A stretch of DNA of 64,000 nucleotides from a virus. Lineage: Duplodnaviria > Caudoviricetes. This document shows positions 52,501 to 60,157 of this stretch, piece by piece. The position numbers and the translations under genes are program-made. The stretch's first letter is position 1. Each line of letters opens with the position of its first letter. A model generated the notes under the pieces. The model did no database searches, was not told the DNA's origin, and worked only from the letters and a program-made list of their open reading frames with translations. Location of the stretch: positions 64,001-128,000 of IMG/VR virus record IMGVR_UViG_3300020577_010124, one strand, 5' to 3'.

Positions 52501-55500
52501 TGGGAAGACGTTGCTAGCTTGCCTATATTTGGAGAGAATCCATACGGCGTAGCTATGGGCGCTTGCGTAAAGCTTGATAATAAGGTTTACATAATCGGCG
52601 GAATCAGAAAGATTGGACCGCAAGGCAGCATCGAAGCTATGAACGACAGAGTTCTAGTTTTTGATTTGGATACTCAAACATGGAGTTGGAGTTCAGTATA
52701 TGAGGATCTTGATCTAGCGCTATTTACTAGAATATCTCCTACCGCTTTTGCTGACAAGAATGGCGGGTTTATTCATGTTCTTGGAGGAGCGGTAGCGGGA
52801 GAACGAGACGCAGATACGGGCGCTCAATCTCTTGAGTTCTTGACTGATACTTTCAACATCAATATCTCAACCTTTGCTGTTGTTCAAGACGACTATTTGT
52901 ATGATAACTTGCCTAAGCCTCGCTATCGTAATGGTCATGCTCAAATCGGAGACATTCATTATTTCTTAGGCGGAACAAATGGTAAGTCTCAAGTTCTAAA
53001 TCTCTTTGAGAGCGTAGAAGAGACTTCTCCAGTCTTTACCGAGCAAAGACTAGAAAACATGCCTAAAGCAAAGACGGCTTTTGGTTCTACGTCTGATAGT
53101 TGGAGATATGTCTATGTTGGTGGCGGACTAACAAGCGGTAGGCCTGAAGGTTTCCTTCAGATATTGGCAGAGGCTAATCCTGGTTCTATAAGATTGGATG
53201 GGCAGCAGTCTGCGACAGTAAATATAGAACTAAAGAATGACGTAGGCGAACATCCTAATAAGAGTATTAGAGTATTGGTTCAAGGTATTGTTCTTTTCAA
53301 GAATGCTACAGCAAATCAAGACGGTTCTGGTGGGACTAATTCGCAGCAACAATCTGCAAACAGCGCCGCCCGAGATGCTTTGATATATCCTGTTGTCTTT
53401 AGTTCTAACGACTTTGTTATAAACAATGGCGTTGGAGCAACTATAATGTTGCCAAGATCCGAAGACATACTCAAGAAGGTTGATGAAATCAAGAGAAAAC
53501 TTGGAATTGTTGATCCAGTAACGGGCGATAACGGACAAGCAGAAGACAATACGCTTGTTATCAATGAAGGCGAAATTCGCAATCCATATACTATCAAAGT
53601 AAGAATAACTATTCTTGACGGATTCTATTATGGTCAAACCGTAATAGACATCAAAGATAATCAGGATTCAAGCGTATCTACAACTCCTGTTGAGTTACCG
53701 CCTCCAACCGAAACAACAACTACAGTTAGCACTCCTAGCGGGCCTCAAACTACGACTACAACTACCTTCTCTGGATGTAAAGAGGCAAGCGGCAGTCAGT
53801 TTGCTCCTATAGCTAATCAAGGTTCGCAAACGCCTACAACGGACGGAAGCAACGTTGTCATCGATCAGGGTTTGCAGCAGTCAGATAATCCTATATTTGA
53901 CCTAAACCCTTCTCAAGCTCCTCAACTTGATAGTCCAACGGTTTCATACTTCAGCGATATCGAATGGATACCTCAAGTTATTATTAGCGTAGATAACGGA
54001 GATTATGGCAGCATTATCAAAAATCTCAATAGAATGCGTAATGAAATACCATTTGGAGCTTCGCAACTTTATGACGCTCTTTCCAAAACAGCTTCTCTTA
54101 TGCTTGGCGAAGAACTTGATTCGTTTGCCAAATCAATCTATGTAAACACTGACAATGAGGAAAATCTATCCTTTGTTACTGTAGATACTGCTATTGAAGA
54201 TATACAAGCGGTTGACGGATTTGCGGAAACGCCTGTTTTGATAAACAACCTCTCTGTTGTTTTCCCTCTAACTCTATCTGCTCAGCTTGCTAGAACCGAT
54301 ACTGAAAATCTGGATAGAATCTCAAATGAAACAGGCGGACAAAGCCAAACGGTTATTGACGCAAGTTATATTGATGAAGTTCTAAACAATGCGATAGGAC
54401 GAGTAACGGGCTCAATTGGATGGGGCATTTATGAGTGCATAATCGACCTTGGCAAGAACTCTATTATCAATACGATAGCAATTGAGTGCGAGCTATATCC
54501 AAATACAGAGGGCAATTGGAAGATATCAACGAGCGAAGACGGATTCAACTATTCAGTTTATAGTGATCCATTCAATGTCAACAAAGACATACAACTAACA
54601 AACGTTGTTGGAAGATATCTAAAGTTCTCTATTACTCTTTTGAGCGGACTTAGCGCTTCCATTGAAAGCGAGTATGATCTTACTCCAACCCCAGGCGTTC
54701 CAGCTATAACTGGTATATTGATTGATTATAACATCCCAACGGAGAGTTTCATATATATGAACTCAGACGTATTGGATCGTAGTCCTCAACAAGTCGCTAT
54801 TGCTGTATCTGCAAACAGACCGTTGCTAAGCGAAATAGATGTTGGCGTTACAACTAGTAAGTCAACTAATTGGTCAGATTATTATAGCGGTTCTCAACCA
54901 TCAGTTGATAGATTCGGAAAGATATTTGTTCCTATTCGTTATACACAAACGCAAGATCATACTCTAGACGAATCTCTAGAAAACATTGACGGCTTTATGT
55001 GGAAAACAATCTATGGAAGATGGGATGTTACTTCTCAAGTAACAATCAAAGACGAAGATAACAATATCGTTGATCCAGATATTTATAGGCTGTATCCGCA
55101 AGAAGGAATGGTTATTTTTAACTCCAAGCAAACTGGTTCTTTCAGTATTTCTGTAGAGAATGCTGGACGAATCAAAGTTGGTTTGAGAGTCTTGAATAGC
55201 GATTCAGAACAAGCGGTTCAGATAAACGGTCTAGGCTATATGTATAACACCAATGTATTCTTGCCACCGCCTCTATCTCAGCGCCCTCCAACCGTTACGG
55301 ATTTCAATATTACTCCATCTGAACTGACAATATATCAGAAGATTGGACTAACCTATAGATACTTTGACATTAACCAACTTGACGAGCAGCTTGATAAATC
55401 CGAGATCAAATGGTTCATTAATGGTGTTGAAGTTGAGTATCTAAGAAATGTTCGAACATGGAATGATATAACAAATACGGAAGATCCTATTTGGATTTAT

Positions 55501-56340
55501 GCGTTTACTTTTAGCTCAAGCGATGTTCCTAGCGGAACAACCGTAGAACAATACGCTCGTTCTCGCGGCGAAAGCATACTAAAAGTAGGCGATAGCGTTT
55601 ACGCAACTATTCGAGCAAATGACGGAACCCTATTCAGCGAAGTAGTTCGTTCTCAAGCTCTTAGTGTTATAGAGGCTCCTCCGTTTATCTCTAACGTTAT
55701 AGTAAAGGGAAAGAGAAATGACGGTTCGCTTCAAGATACTGTAACAACTGCTACAAGAGCATTTGCTAGCTTTGCTTTCTTCCAAGACGGAACAGGAACA
55801 ACCAAGTCGCAGATCATCTGGTTTGTCAATGGTATTGAGTTCAAGAGAGGAAACCTCAATGAAATCGTTGGAGGTATTTCCAACAACGAAATTATTGTTG
55901 GAGAAATCAAGAACAACATTCTTGGTATAACTTTGGGCAATACTATTGAGGTTCAGATACTTCCAGTTTCAGGTTCTATTATTGGAAATCCAGTAACTAG
56001 TTCTCCTATCTCTGTAGAGAATGATCCTCCTTCTGTAAGAAATGTAGCAGTCAGCCCAAGTCCAACAGCTTCGTCGTCGTCAGCATTGCAGCTAACGTAT
56101 GTCTACGTTGATGTAGAATCTCAACAACAAGGCAGTACGCAGAACGACCAGAGTTCCGTCAAGTGGTATCGAGCCGCAAGGGGTTCAAGCGAGTTTGTAG
56201 AGGTTAGTTCTTTGCAAAATCAGAAGATTGTCCCTGCGGTGAATACCTCTTCGGGCGAGATGTGGAAAGCCGAAGTAATTCCATTCGACGGAATTAGCGT
56301 TGGCACAACTGTAGTAAGCAATATCATAACGATTATTTGA
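46600..56340 (+). CDS. Giant (3246 aa) virion protein with split VWA domain, LamG domain, FN3-like domains, Kelch propeller and C-terminal Ig-like repeats
   Basis: MIDAS VMDQSGS at ~47650; LamG GLWHFNEG...TMMAWIYP...WNHVAVT...FYING...FGKMTEL (~48165-48770); Kelch YAIGG, YVFGG, YIIGG, HVLGG, YFLGG, YVGGG (~52165-53140); second VWA half LYDAL...TDNEEN...ETGG (~54000-54350). Confidence 0.75.
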   Translation: MILTKASVFLRIVGNPSSLVSFVVPEEGFVSFDAANFSKLEQGDPYVVFDVVADDYYGSGYLSVGYKRLEYLWPTITYPITAEKTGKYNLFIRVKTSGEFFNFSLLINGVNLLDKIVTTPQNQWTWISLPLVIADKKKFDLSIIPKTEGCLIDSFHISVNDTLPDVIEYQNSFLTVHFRMYEIDSDYQPNISLPIYGYKTSIEDILDDNWYNFSLETLPAYISKTFNLHYAATLFVSGSSESLYIMWDYAQDNGFTLDPYLQTCSLVLDSDTKTWSIDCEKKFALRLYSSRDAIDENACKAIVPASALTTKTVKTFSTNTSPVFVNTKAVPTIENEEKVQLSLPDRIVSIVMDQSGSQTWNDSSGVRHELARRMVDKLNATYPGDLKYNLVNFQSTPIKINFFAVTENDNLNTSDAGAAASEFFEDQESGYAGVRIVRKQGSYPTGPLDGDIVTEGFLERAFSDGLEEGQEYYYAAYTFNSSGVFSEGTFIKATPRERILPHGVGNFTSRVIIGTGVRRDENTIGLWHFNEGIDQTIYDFSDTSFTLTSSDDFIWLNFSDVPSGTSGVRFNGTATRFVGTDSNGDFVKSHYTMMAWIYPFDFNSKRTIVSRESSSTSAVGFRFGINTNKTLFFTLDDSTIASSSALLTANQWNHVAVTVDVSGNVASFYINGYFAGSGTLAQGANHSVAAMNLYIGGRQSSFFGKMTELSIHDSLRSAAYIAEAAVQPETSTDKLLDNGDRLVLLTYVVSDDFNYPGGTVRILRKESVGPAVFDYATSSSGSSPQLVFKGFGAGPSHENDGDVVYETSASSGSFTIALPYDYVLDRTYNYRIYSSNVLGNFSSNSDSPTIPIKIPNFKTKAARNAAISMPLIAPVENATLTIGNHKNYITWDAVTDENAEQVLVYWSDSGFPIISNDQGVDAGAILVFSGKPSDTYVVDRNIDNQIVSYYAIVVADKYGFYSQPVFVSGVPVSNAFEGNIPLLTISNLGYQIVNENALSLSWDAPVKFQKDIEAWFDQRVALYAQITDEFGAPIADNSQISFTATASVGSAQLAEDVFGETISGQALVPDAKSCFILSSSSIGNGFIRGVFRMTSDLDILSAINQLSADVRVSYSIPDRDNPGSNVFEFTSLPVHIEMDNPFSMEMLNIGDNNGFFGEGTSSGRGSKRRRRGSGAAPHVGSAATSAGGDTVKVLCKRTVPLDDQSFISSGGLEFDPDKFKEFPGCWIRRTRPFVSRVVILYRGEAISNAPDCDVAVFEASDPQCDRDDSSSNPCSQSGGGASSSPPEFVPGFSSRRSRSVQPPATSLPFRTGLQLLNDGTTKLVSYVDIPLKAPRTPQAIMLFAKTGYNGFFARKKMYVVFDNILRIETTIEPPESNCIDVAEQQAKVYLIDPDSTDVENPRKLAVPDSQIVRWELRKGTSGKDRPFYSTDNVPTGPGVFSYTRSGSARKVFFGPACGVTWLTYVPCPGNIILLPELYAIKASVIYDGLHAFEERPAIVYPPGDVRGFGSRFLMQMPNFVNDIYADGYDLAHVTIYHDPNIASGQIADCFKQCARDFNRPIFSLGNGQIVDIESGGDFEILYGDSLQVTFDEALDEYVITNASQEIGFAQIPLAQSGNRTDFYIRINKFLGRPQPVKPNDNQDQDPLSSTNQCSCIEVPPGLSSKTDLKIITGKTSIMFNGQTRFLSGGGDLKNGVPPTTIALREPLDISIVDIRRNGESVEKILCDSLSVHEFIVEVKFKDKAVPNGTPVFLTVGGINPEKIVLFSDTIFTQKLNDPILNPEGNKRSFASFFVYPFSAQAAFSGQVQAETNYDKRGDVVRSMTACITIKYDPSEKKPEATVTPEGEISSVFSGSLDVYDTYTDTWSQKALMKYPRGCLTLDWSFDAYGEQLYAIGGLNGKSILSYNEMYDIANDIWHTKKQMRVARFYHMSVQDSGYIYVFGGIVADGSVLAISRSVERYDIVNDVWEDVASLPIFGENPYGVAMGACVKLDNKVYIIGGIRKIGPQGSIEAMNDRVLVFDLDTQTWSWSSVYEDLDLALFTRISPTAFADKNGGFIHVLGGAVAGERDADTGAQSLEFLTDTFNINISTFAVVQDDYLYDNLPKPRYRNGHAQIGDIHYFLGGTNGKSQVLNLFESVEETSPVFTEQRLENMPKAKTAFGSTSDSWRYVYVGGGLTSGRPEGFLQILAEANPGSIRLDGQQSATVNIELKNDVGEHPNKSIRVLVQGIVLFKNATANQDGSGGTNSQQQSANSAARDALIYPVVFSSNDFVINNGVGATIMLPRSEDILKKVDEIKRKLGIVDPVTGDNGQAEDNTLVINEGEIRNPYTIKVRITILDGFYYGQTVIDIKDNQDSSVSTTPVELPPPTETTTTVSTPSGPQTTTTTTFSGCKEASGSQFAPIANQGSQTPTTDGSNVVIDQGLQQSDNPIFDLNPSQAPQLDSPTVSYFSDIEWIPQVIISVDNGDYGSIIKNLNRMRNEIPFGASQLYDALSKTASLMLGEELDSFAKSIYVNTDNEENLSFVTVDTAIEDIQAVDGFAETPVLINNLSVVFPLTLSAQLARTDTENLDRISNETGGQSQTVIDASYIDEVLNNAIGRVTGSIGWGIYECIIDLGKNSIINTIAIECELYPNTEGNWKISTSEDGFNYSVYSDPFNVNKDIQLTNVVGRYLKFSITLLSGLSASIESEYDLTPTPGVPAITGILIDYNIPTESFIYMNSDVLDRSPQQVAIAVSANRPLLSEIDVGVTTSKSTNWSDYYSGSQPSVDRFGKIFVPIRYTQTQDHTLDESLENIDGFMWKTIYGRWDVTSQVTIKDEDNNIVDPDIYRLYPQEGMVIFNSKQTGSFSISVENAGRIKVGLRVLNSDSEQAVQINGLGYMYNTNVFLPPPLSQRPPTVTDFNITPSELTIYQKIGLTYRYFDINQLDEQLDKSEIKWFINGVEVEYLRNVRTWNDITNTEDPIWIYAFTFSSSDVPSGTTVEQYARSRGESILKVGDSVYATIRANDGTLFSEVVRSQALSVIEAPPFISNVIVKGKRNDGSLQDTVTTATRAFASFAFFQDGTGTTKSQIIWFVNGIEFKRGNLNEIVGGISNNEIIVGEIKNNILGITLGNTIEVQILPVSGSIIGNPVTSSPISVENDPPSVRNVAVSPSPTASSSSALQLTYVYVDVESQQQGSTQNDQSSVKWYRAARGSSEFVEVSSLQNQKIVPAVNTSSGEMWKAEVIPFDGISVGTTVVSNIITII

Positions 56341-56341
56341 T

Positions 56342-57106
56342 ATGTCTAAAGAAGCATACTTCCCTACAACTGTAGTTGTTCTCTGTTATAACAACAGAAG
56401 TGTTACGGAAAAGTTTATGGAACTTTTCAAGGCTAACACAACTAACTACAATCTGATTATCATTGACAACGGTTCCTCTGATGGGACCGTTGATTATCTT
56501 AATGAAATCTTTCCTACATTTGAAGGCAATGCCGAGCTAATACTTAATCAAGAAAACTTGGGTGTCATTGGCGGACGCAACCAGGGTTTTGGAGAGTTCT
56601 TGAGTCAAGCTCCTTATCCAACAAAAGGAATGCCGTTTCGATATTCCGAATATTTATGCTTTCTCGATAATGATCAGTTTGTTAGACAAGGATGGCTTAC
56701 TCAATATCATGAGTTTATGCAAAAGGGTAACTATGATATGATAGGAGCGGACGCTTGGCTAATGGATTCAAAGTTTATGCCAAGACACAACTGTTCAAGG
56801 GCTGGGGAATCTTTTACCTATGTTGGTTGCGGCGGAATGATGATAAAGCGAAAGGTTGTTGAAGACCTAAAAGGCTTTGATCCTCAGTTTAATCCAGCAT
56901 ATTTTGAAGATCCTGATTACAACTTTCGCGCAAGAGAAAAAGGCTATAAGATTGGCTGGAACTATCAAGCTCGAATAACTCATCTTCCGCATCAAACCCT
57001 AGGCAAGTCAAATGATAGAATGAAATATTTTGTACAAAGCTTTGATAGGTTCAAGGCAAAATGGAAGGGTAAGGAATTTCCTGCCCTTAGACAAAATCCG
57101 ATTTAA
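56342..57106 (+). CDS. GT2 family glycosyltransferase (GT-A fold)
   Basis: VVVLCYN, IIIDNGSSDGT, ENLG...RNQG, FLDND, FDPQFNPAYFEDPDYNFR. Confidence 0.92.
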   Translation: MSKEAYFPTTVVVLCYNNRSVTEKFMELFKANTTNYNLIIIDNGSSDGTVDYLNEIFPTFEGNAELILNQENLGVIGGRNQGFGEFLSQAPYPTKGMPFRYSEYLCFLDNDQFVRQGWLTQYHEFMQKGNYDMIGADAWLMDSKFMPRHNCSRAGESFTYVGCGGMMIKRKVVEDLKGFDPQFNPAYFEDPDYNFRAREKGYKIGWNYQARITHLPHQTLGKSNDRMKYFVQSFDRFKAKWKGKEFPALRQNPI

Positions 57107-57110
57107 CTGC

Positions 57111-58226
57111 ATGAAGCTTTTAGTATGCACTAATTTTGCCCAACCCTTTCATACAGGCGGAGCCGAGAGGGTCGTTCAGCAAATAACAGAATCGCTTACC
57201 CAAGAACATAAATGGGAATGCTCTGTTCTATGTCAATTTGGAACTAAACCTATTGTTCATAATGGAGTTCAGGTAATTCCTATTGGCAATGCTCCCGAGA
57301 AGACTTTTCTAGATACTGTCGAAGCTATAAATCCTGACCATATCTTTGTTTACAGCGATTGGTATTCTCATTGGGAAACCTTGCTCAAGAATGCCGAAAA
57401 ACTTCGCGCAAAAAAGAGTATTGGACTGGTCGGAATGAATCGGATGCGTTCTCCGCTTACTGCCAACGCCTCAATAGCTCAATCATTTCGGTCTAAGCAT
57501 CATTTGTTCAAAGTATTAGCTCATGCAGACAAGTATATAGATGCTCAAACTTGTAGAGAATGGGGAATCCCTGTTTCAATTATACATAATGCAATAGACC
57601 TAGAAGAATTTTCTCCTCCAACTCTTGATTTTAGGAAAGTATACAATATCAAGACTAAGAAGATGCTTCTATGCGTGGCTAACTTTTTTCATGGTAAAGG
57701 ACAGGAATATTTACTTCCTATTATGAAAAGGTTATCAGACCAGGATGTAACTCTTGTGTTTATTTGTTCTACTTTGGCATTTCGTCCAGGAAACCTCAGG
57801 ATGAAGCAAATATCAGAGCAGATAACGAGAATGAATCTTCCTATACGCATTCTTCAAGATATCCCTCGATCTCATGTTATATCAGCGTATTTTGCCTCAG
57901 ACGCTTTTGTTTTCCCTTCGCAAACTGAATGCGGCCCCATTGTAGTTCTTGAATCTATGGCCGCAGGGAAGCCTTGGGTTGCTCTAAATGTTGGTCATAT
58001 CCCCGAACTCAAAGGGGGTATTTGCGTGCATTCCGTGCCAGGCAGGGGCGAATACCTAGCTTTTGACGATCGAGTTTCTACCGAGTTTGAAAGCGCAACT
58101 CGGAAACTGCTTTCGGATTCAACTCTTTCCGAGCAGATGGGCTTTGAGGGTCGGGCGCAAATAGGCCAAGAATACAATTGGTCGATTATAAGTAGACAGT
58201 ATAAAGAGTTTTTTGAAAGTGCCTAA
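57111..58226 (+). CDS. GT4 family glycosyltransferase (GT-B fold)
   Basis: Likely start is ATG at 57111 (MKLLVCTNF.P..GGAER); IHNAID; KGQE; DAFVFPSQTECGPIVVLESMAAGKP with an intact EX7E. Confidence 0.92.
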   Translation: MKLLVCTNFAQPFHTGGAERVVQQITESLTQEHKWECSVLCQFGTKPIVHNGVQVIPIGNAPEKTFLDTVEAINPDHIFVYSDWYSHWETLLKNAEKLRAKKSIGLVGMNRMRSPLTANASIAQSFRSKHHLFKVLAHADKYIDAQTCREWGIPVSIIHNAIDLEEFSPPTLDFRKVYNIKTKKMLLCVANFFHGKGQEYLLPIMKRLSDQDVTLVFICSTLAFRPGNLRMKQISEQITRMNLPIRILQDIPRSHVISAYFASDAFVFPSQTECGPIVVLESMAAGKPWVALNVGHIPELKGGICVHSVPGRGEYLAFDDRVSTEFESATRKLLSDSTLSEQMGFEGRAQIGQEYNWSIISRQYKEFFESA

Positions 58227-58953
58227 AGTAAGCGTCATAACTCCCGTCTACAACTGCGAATCCTTTGTCAAGGAATCGTTGTCTTCTGTTCTGAATCAAA
58301 CTTTTCAGGATTTTGAGTTCATCATTATCAATGATGGCTCGACCGATAAAACTCATGATATCGTCTCGTCCTTTAAGGACAAGCGTATTCGTTACATAAG
58401 TCATGAAGACAATAAGGGAGTTATGGAGAGATCGAAGGAAGCTATTGAGCTTGCCGTAGGAGAATATATTGCCGTCCATGACGGAGACGACGTAAGCATG
58501 TCTATTCGCTTAGAGCAAGAAGTGGCCTACCTAGATGCTAACCCTGAAATTTTTTGCGTAGGTGGACGAGCAAAGAAGATAGACATGAATGGATTCTTCA
58601 TAGGAGACTGGGACTTCCCAACTCCTAATCATGACGACATTGTAAAGATGCTAAGGATACATAAAAAATGCCCTATCATCAATCCTACCTCAATGTACCG
58701 TCTTTCAGTCTATAACGAACTAGGCGGGTATTCTTCTCGCAAAGAAGTAGACGGCGCTCATGATTTCGACTTTTGGTGCCGAGCTATCTTGGCGGGTAAG
58801 AAGTTTCATAATATACAAGACTATCTGATCAAATACAGAGTAAACACAGAAGGCATGACTCGTAGACAGAAGCTAAAACAGTTTGCTGCATATAACACGG
58901 TCATGCTTGAATTTTTGCAAAGGATAAAGAATGTTCAACTTCACGGCTCCTAA
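58213..58953 (+). CDS. GT2 family glycosyltransferase
   Basis: KVSVITPVYN...SVLNQTFQDFEFIIINDGSTD...GEYIAVHDGDD...DFDFWCR. Start could be TTG 58213 or GTG 58219. Confidence 0.93.
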   Translation: MKVPKVSVITPVYNCESFVKESLSSVLNQTFQDFEFIIINDGSTDKTHDIVSSFKDKRIRYISHEDNKGVMERSKEAIELAVGEYIAVHDGDDVSMSIRLEQEVAYLDANPEIFCVGGRAKKIDMNGFFIGDWDFPTPNHDDIVKMLRIHKKCPIINPTSMYRLSVYNELGGYSSRKEVDGAHDFDFWCRAILAGKKFHNIQDYLIKYRVNTEGMTRRQKLKQFAAYNTVMLEFLQRIKNVQLHGS

Positions 58954-60124
58954 ATGGACTAATGAGCAAATGGAGATTTTGTACACGGAGCGTCAAAAAG
59001 GAACTCCATACAAAGTCATCAGTAACATGGTTAAAAGATCTGAGGGCGCTTGCTCAGATAAGTACCTATCAACCGATTGGTCGCAATATGACTTTTTTGT
59101 TGCGGACGCAGACGAGATAAAGAAAGCAAAGATCGAAGAAGGCAACTTCAAGGTTGAGCTTAGTATCCAAAACAAGCTTGCGAAGTTTCAGCTTCAGGCG
59201 GATATTGTTGCGGACAAGCTTTTCCAGGCGGCAAGAAAACTCCCTATTGCTCCTATGCCTGTTTATCAGCCGTCTAATCAGCAGAAGCGAACCGCTGAAG
59301 ATATGGGGCTTATTCTAAGCGATCTTCATATTGGACATGAACATACCAATGAAGAAACAGGCGGTCTATCAGAATACAATCTAGACATTTTCCATCAAAG
59401 AATGGAAAACCTGCGGTTGGCCGTTACGGACATCAAAGAACTTCATTCAAAGCTTTATAACATTCCTAAGCTGCATATCTTTTGTTTAGGAGATATCGTA
59501 GAAGGAGCTAATACTGCGGGCGCATGGTCGCCTGTGTATATTGGTACGCCTATCTTCGATCAGGTTATGATTGGTTATAGAACCATTGCTGACTTCATCT
59601 ATTATATGCTTACCTTGTTTGAAGAAGTTCATTTCTATGGTTTGGGCGGAAATCACGGTCGTATCGCTCCTAGCGGCGCAGAAAAGAAGTATAACAACTT
59701 TGATCATTTCTGTTATAAGTATCTTGAGCTAGAGTTCAAGAACGAACCTCGAATCAAGTTCCATGTTCCAAAGACCTGGTGGATGATTGAGGAAATATTG
59801 AATCATAAGTTCCTCATGGTTCACGGCGACGACGTAAAAGCCAAGAACCCTCCTGTTTCTTCGTTCTTGGAACTTGAGCGAAAGATGACAGGTATTACAA
59901 AGCAGATTCCTAACTATACGCTTTGCGGTCACTTCCATAATTGCTCAGAGTATACAACTCACAATGGTAAGGTTCTTATGAATGGTTCATTCGTAGGAGC
60001 AGACGTTTATTCTTTGAGTAATGCAATGCCTGGAACAAGTCCAGAACAGAAGTTGTTTGGAATACATCCGAAGATTGGTATTACTTGGACTTATAATGTC
60101 AATCTAAAGCATTCCCGCAACTAA
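58931..60124 (+). CDS. Calcineurin-like metallophosphoesterase with N-terminal HTH/Myb-like domain
   Basis: SDLHIG, GDIVEG, GNHGR, HGD and GHFH motifs; N-terminal WTNEQ...L...G.PYK.IS..V.RS. Confidence 0.88.
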   Translation: MFNFTAPKWTNEQMEILYTERQKGTPYKVISNMVKRSEGACSDKYLSTDWSQYDFFVADADEIKKAKIEEGNFKVELSIQNKLAKFQLQADIVADKLFQAARKLPIAPMPVYQPSNQQKRTAEDMGLILSDLHIGHEHTNEETGGLSEYNLDIFHQRMENLRLAVTDIKELHSKLYNIPKLHIFCLGDIVEGANTAGAWSPVYIGTPIFDQVMIGYRTIADFIYYMLTLFEEVHFYGLGGNHGRIAPSGAEKKYNNFDHFCYKYLELEFKNEPRIKFHVPKTWWMIEEILNHKFLMVHGDDVKAKNPPVSSFLELERKMTGITKQIPNYTLCGHFHNCSEYTTHNGKVLMNGSFVGADVYSLSNAMPGTSPEQKLFGIHPKIGITWTYNVNLKHSRN

Positions 60125-60157
60125 AGGAAATGCTAACAATTTTGTGAATAACATTGC

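Noticed and set aside
47780-54000. Intein as the explanation for the split VWA domain
   Set aside because: No C/S-initial Hint block, no HN-C/S/T junction and no LAGLIDADG motif were seen. The insert consists of adhesin-type domains.
46600-56340. Eukaryotic giant virus origin suggested by Kelch, VWA, hyaluronidase-like and NLS-like KRRRR features
   Set aside because: Operon-style overlapping genes, GTG/TTG starts, Shine-Dalgarno sites and a hub-like gene indicate a prokaryotic tailed virus.
1-56340. Bacterial extracellular contractile injection system or chromosomal adhesin island
   Set aside because: The giant proteins show no obvious signal peptides or sorting signals, and the block runs directly into phage-type helicase, phosphoesterase and MTase genes. 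Sheath, tube and capsid genes are not in the window, so tail type cannot be determined.
60125-60157. Promoter or terminator in the largest intergenic gap (short ACAA-TT-TTGT inverted repeat)
   Set aside because: The stem is too short and AT-rich, has no U-tract, and no second copy of a motif was found to define a promoter.
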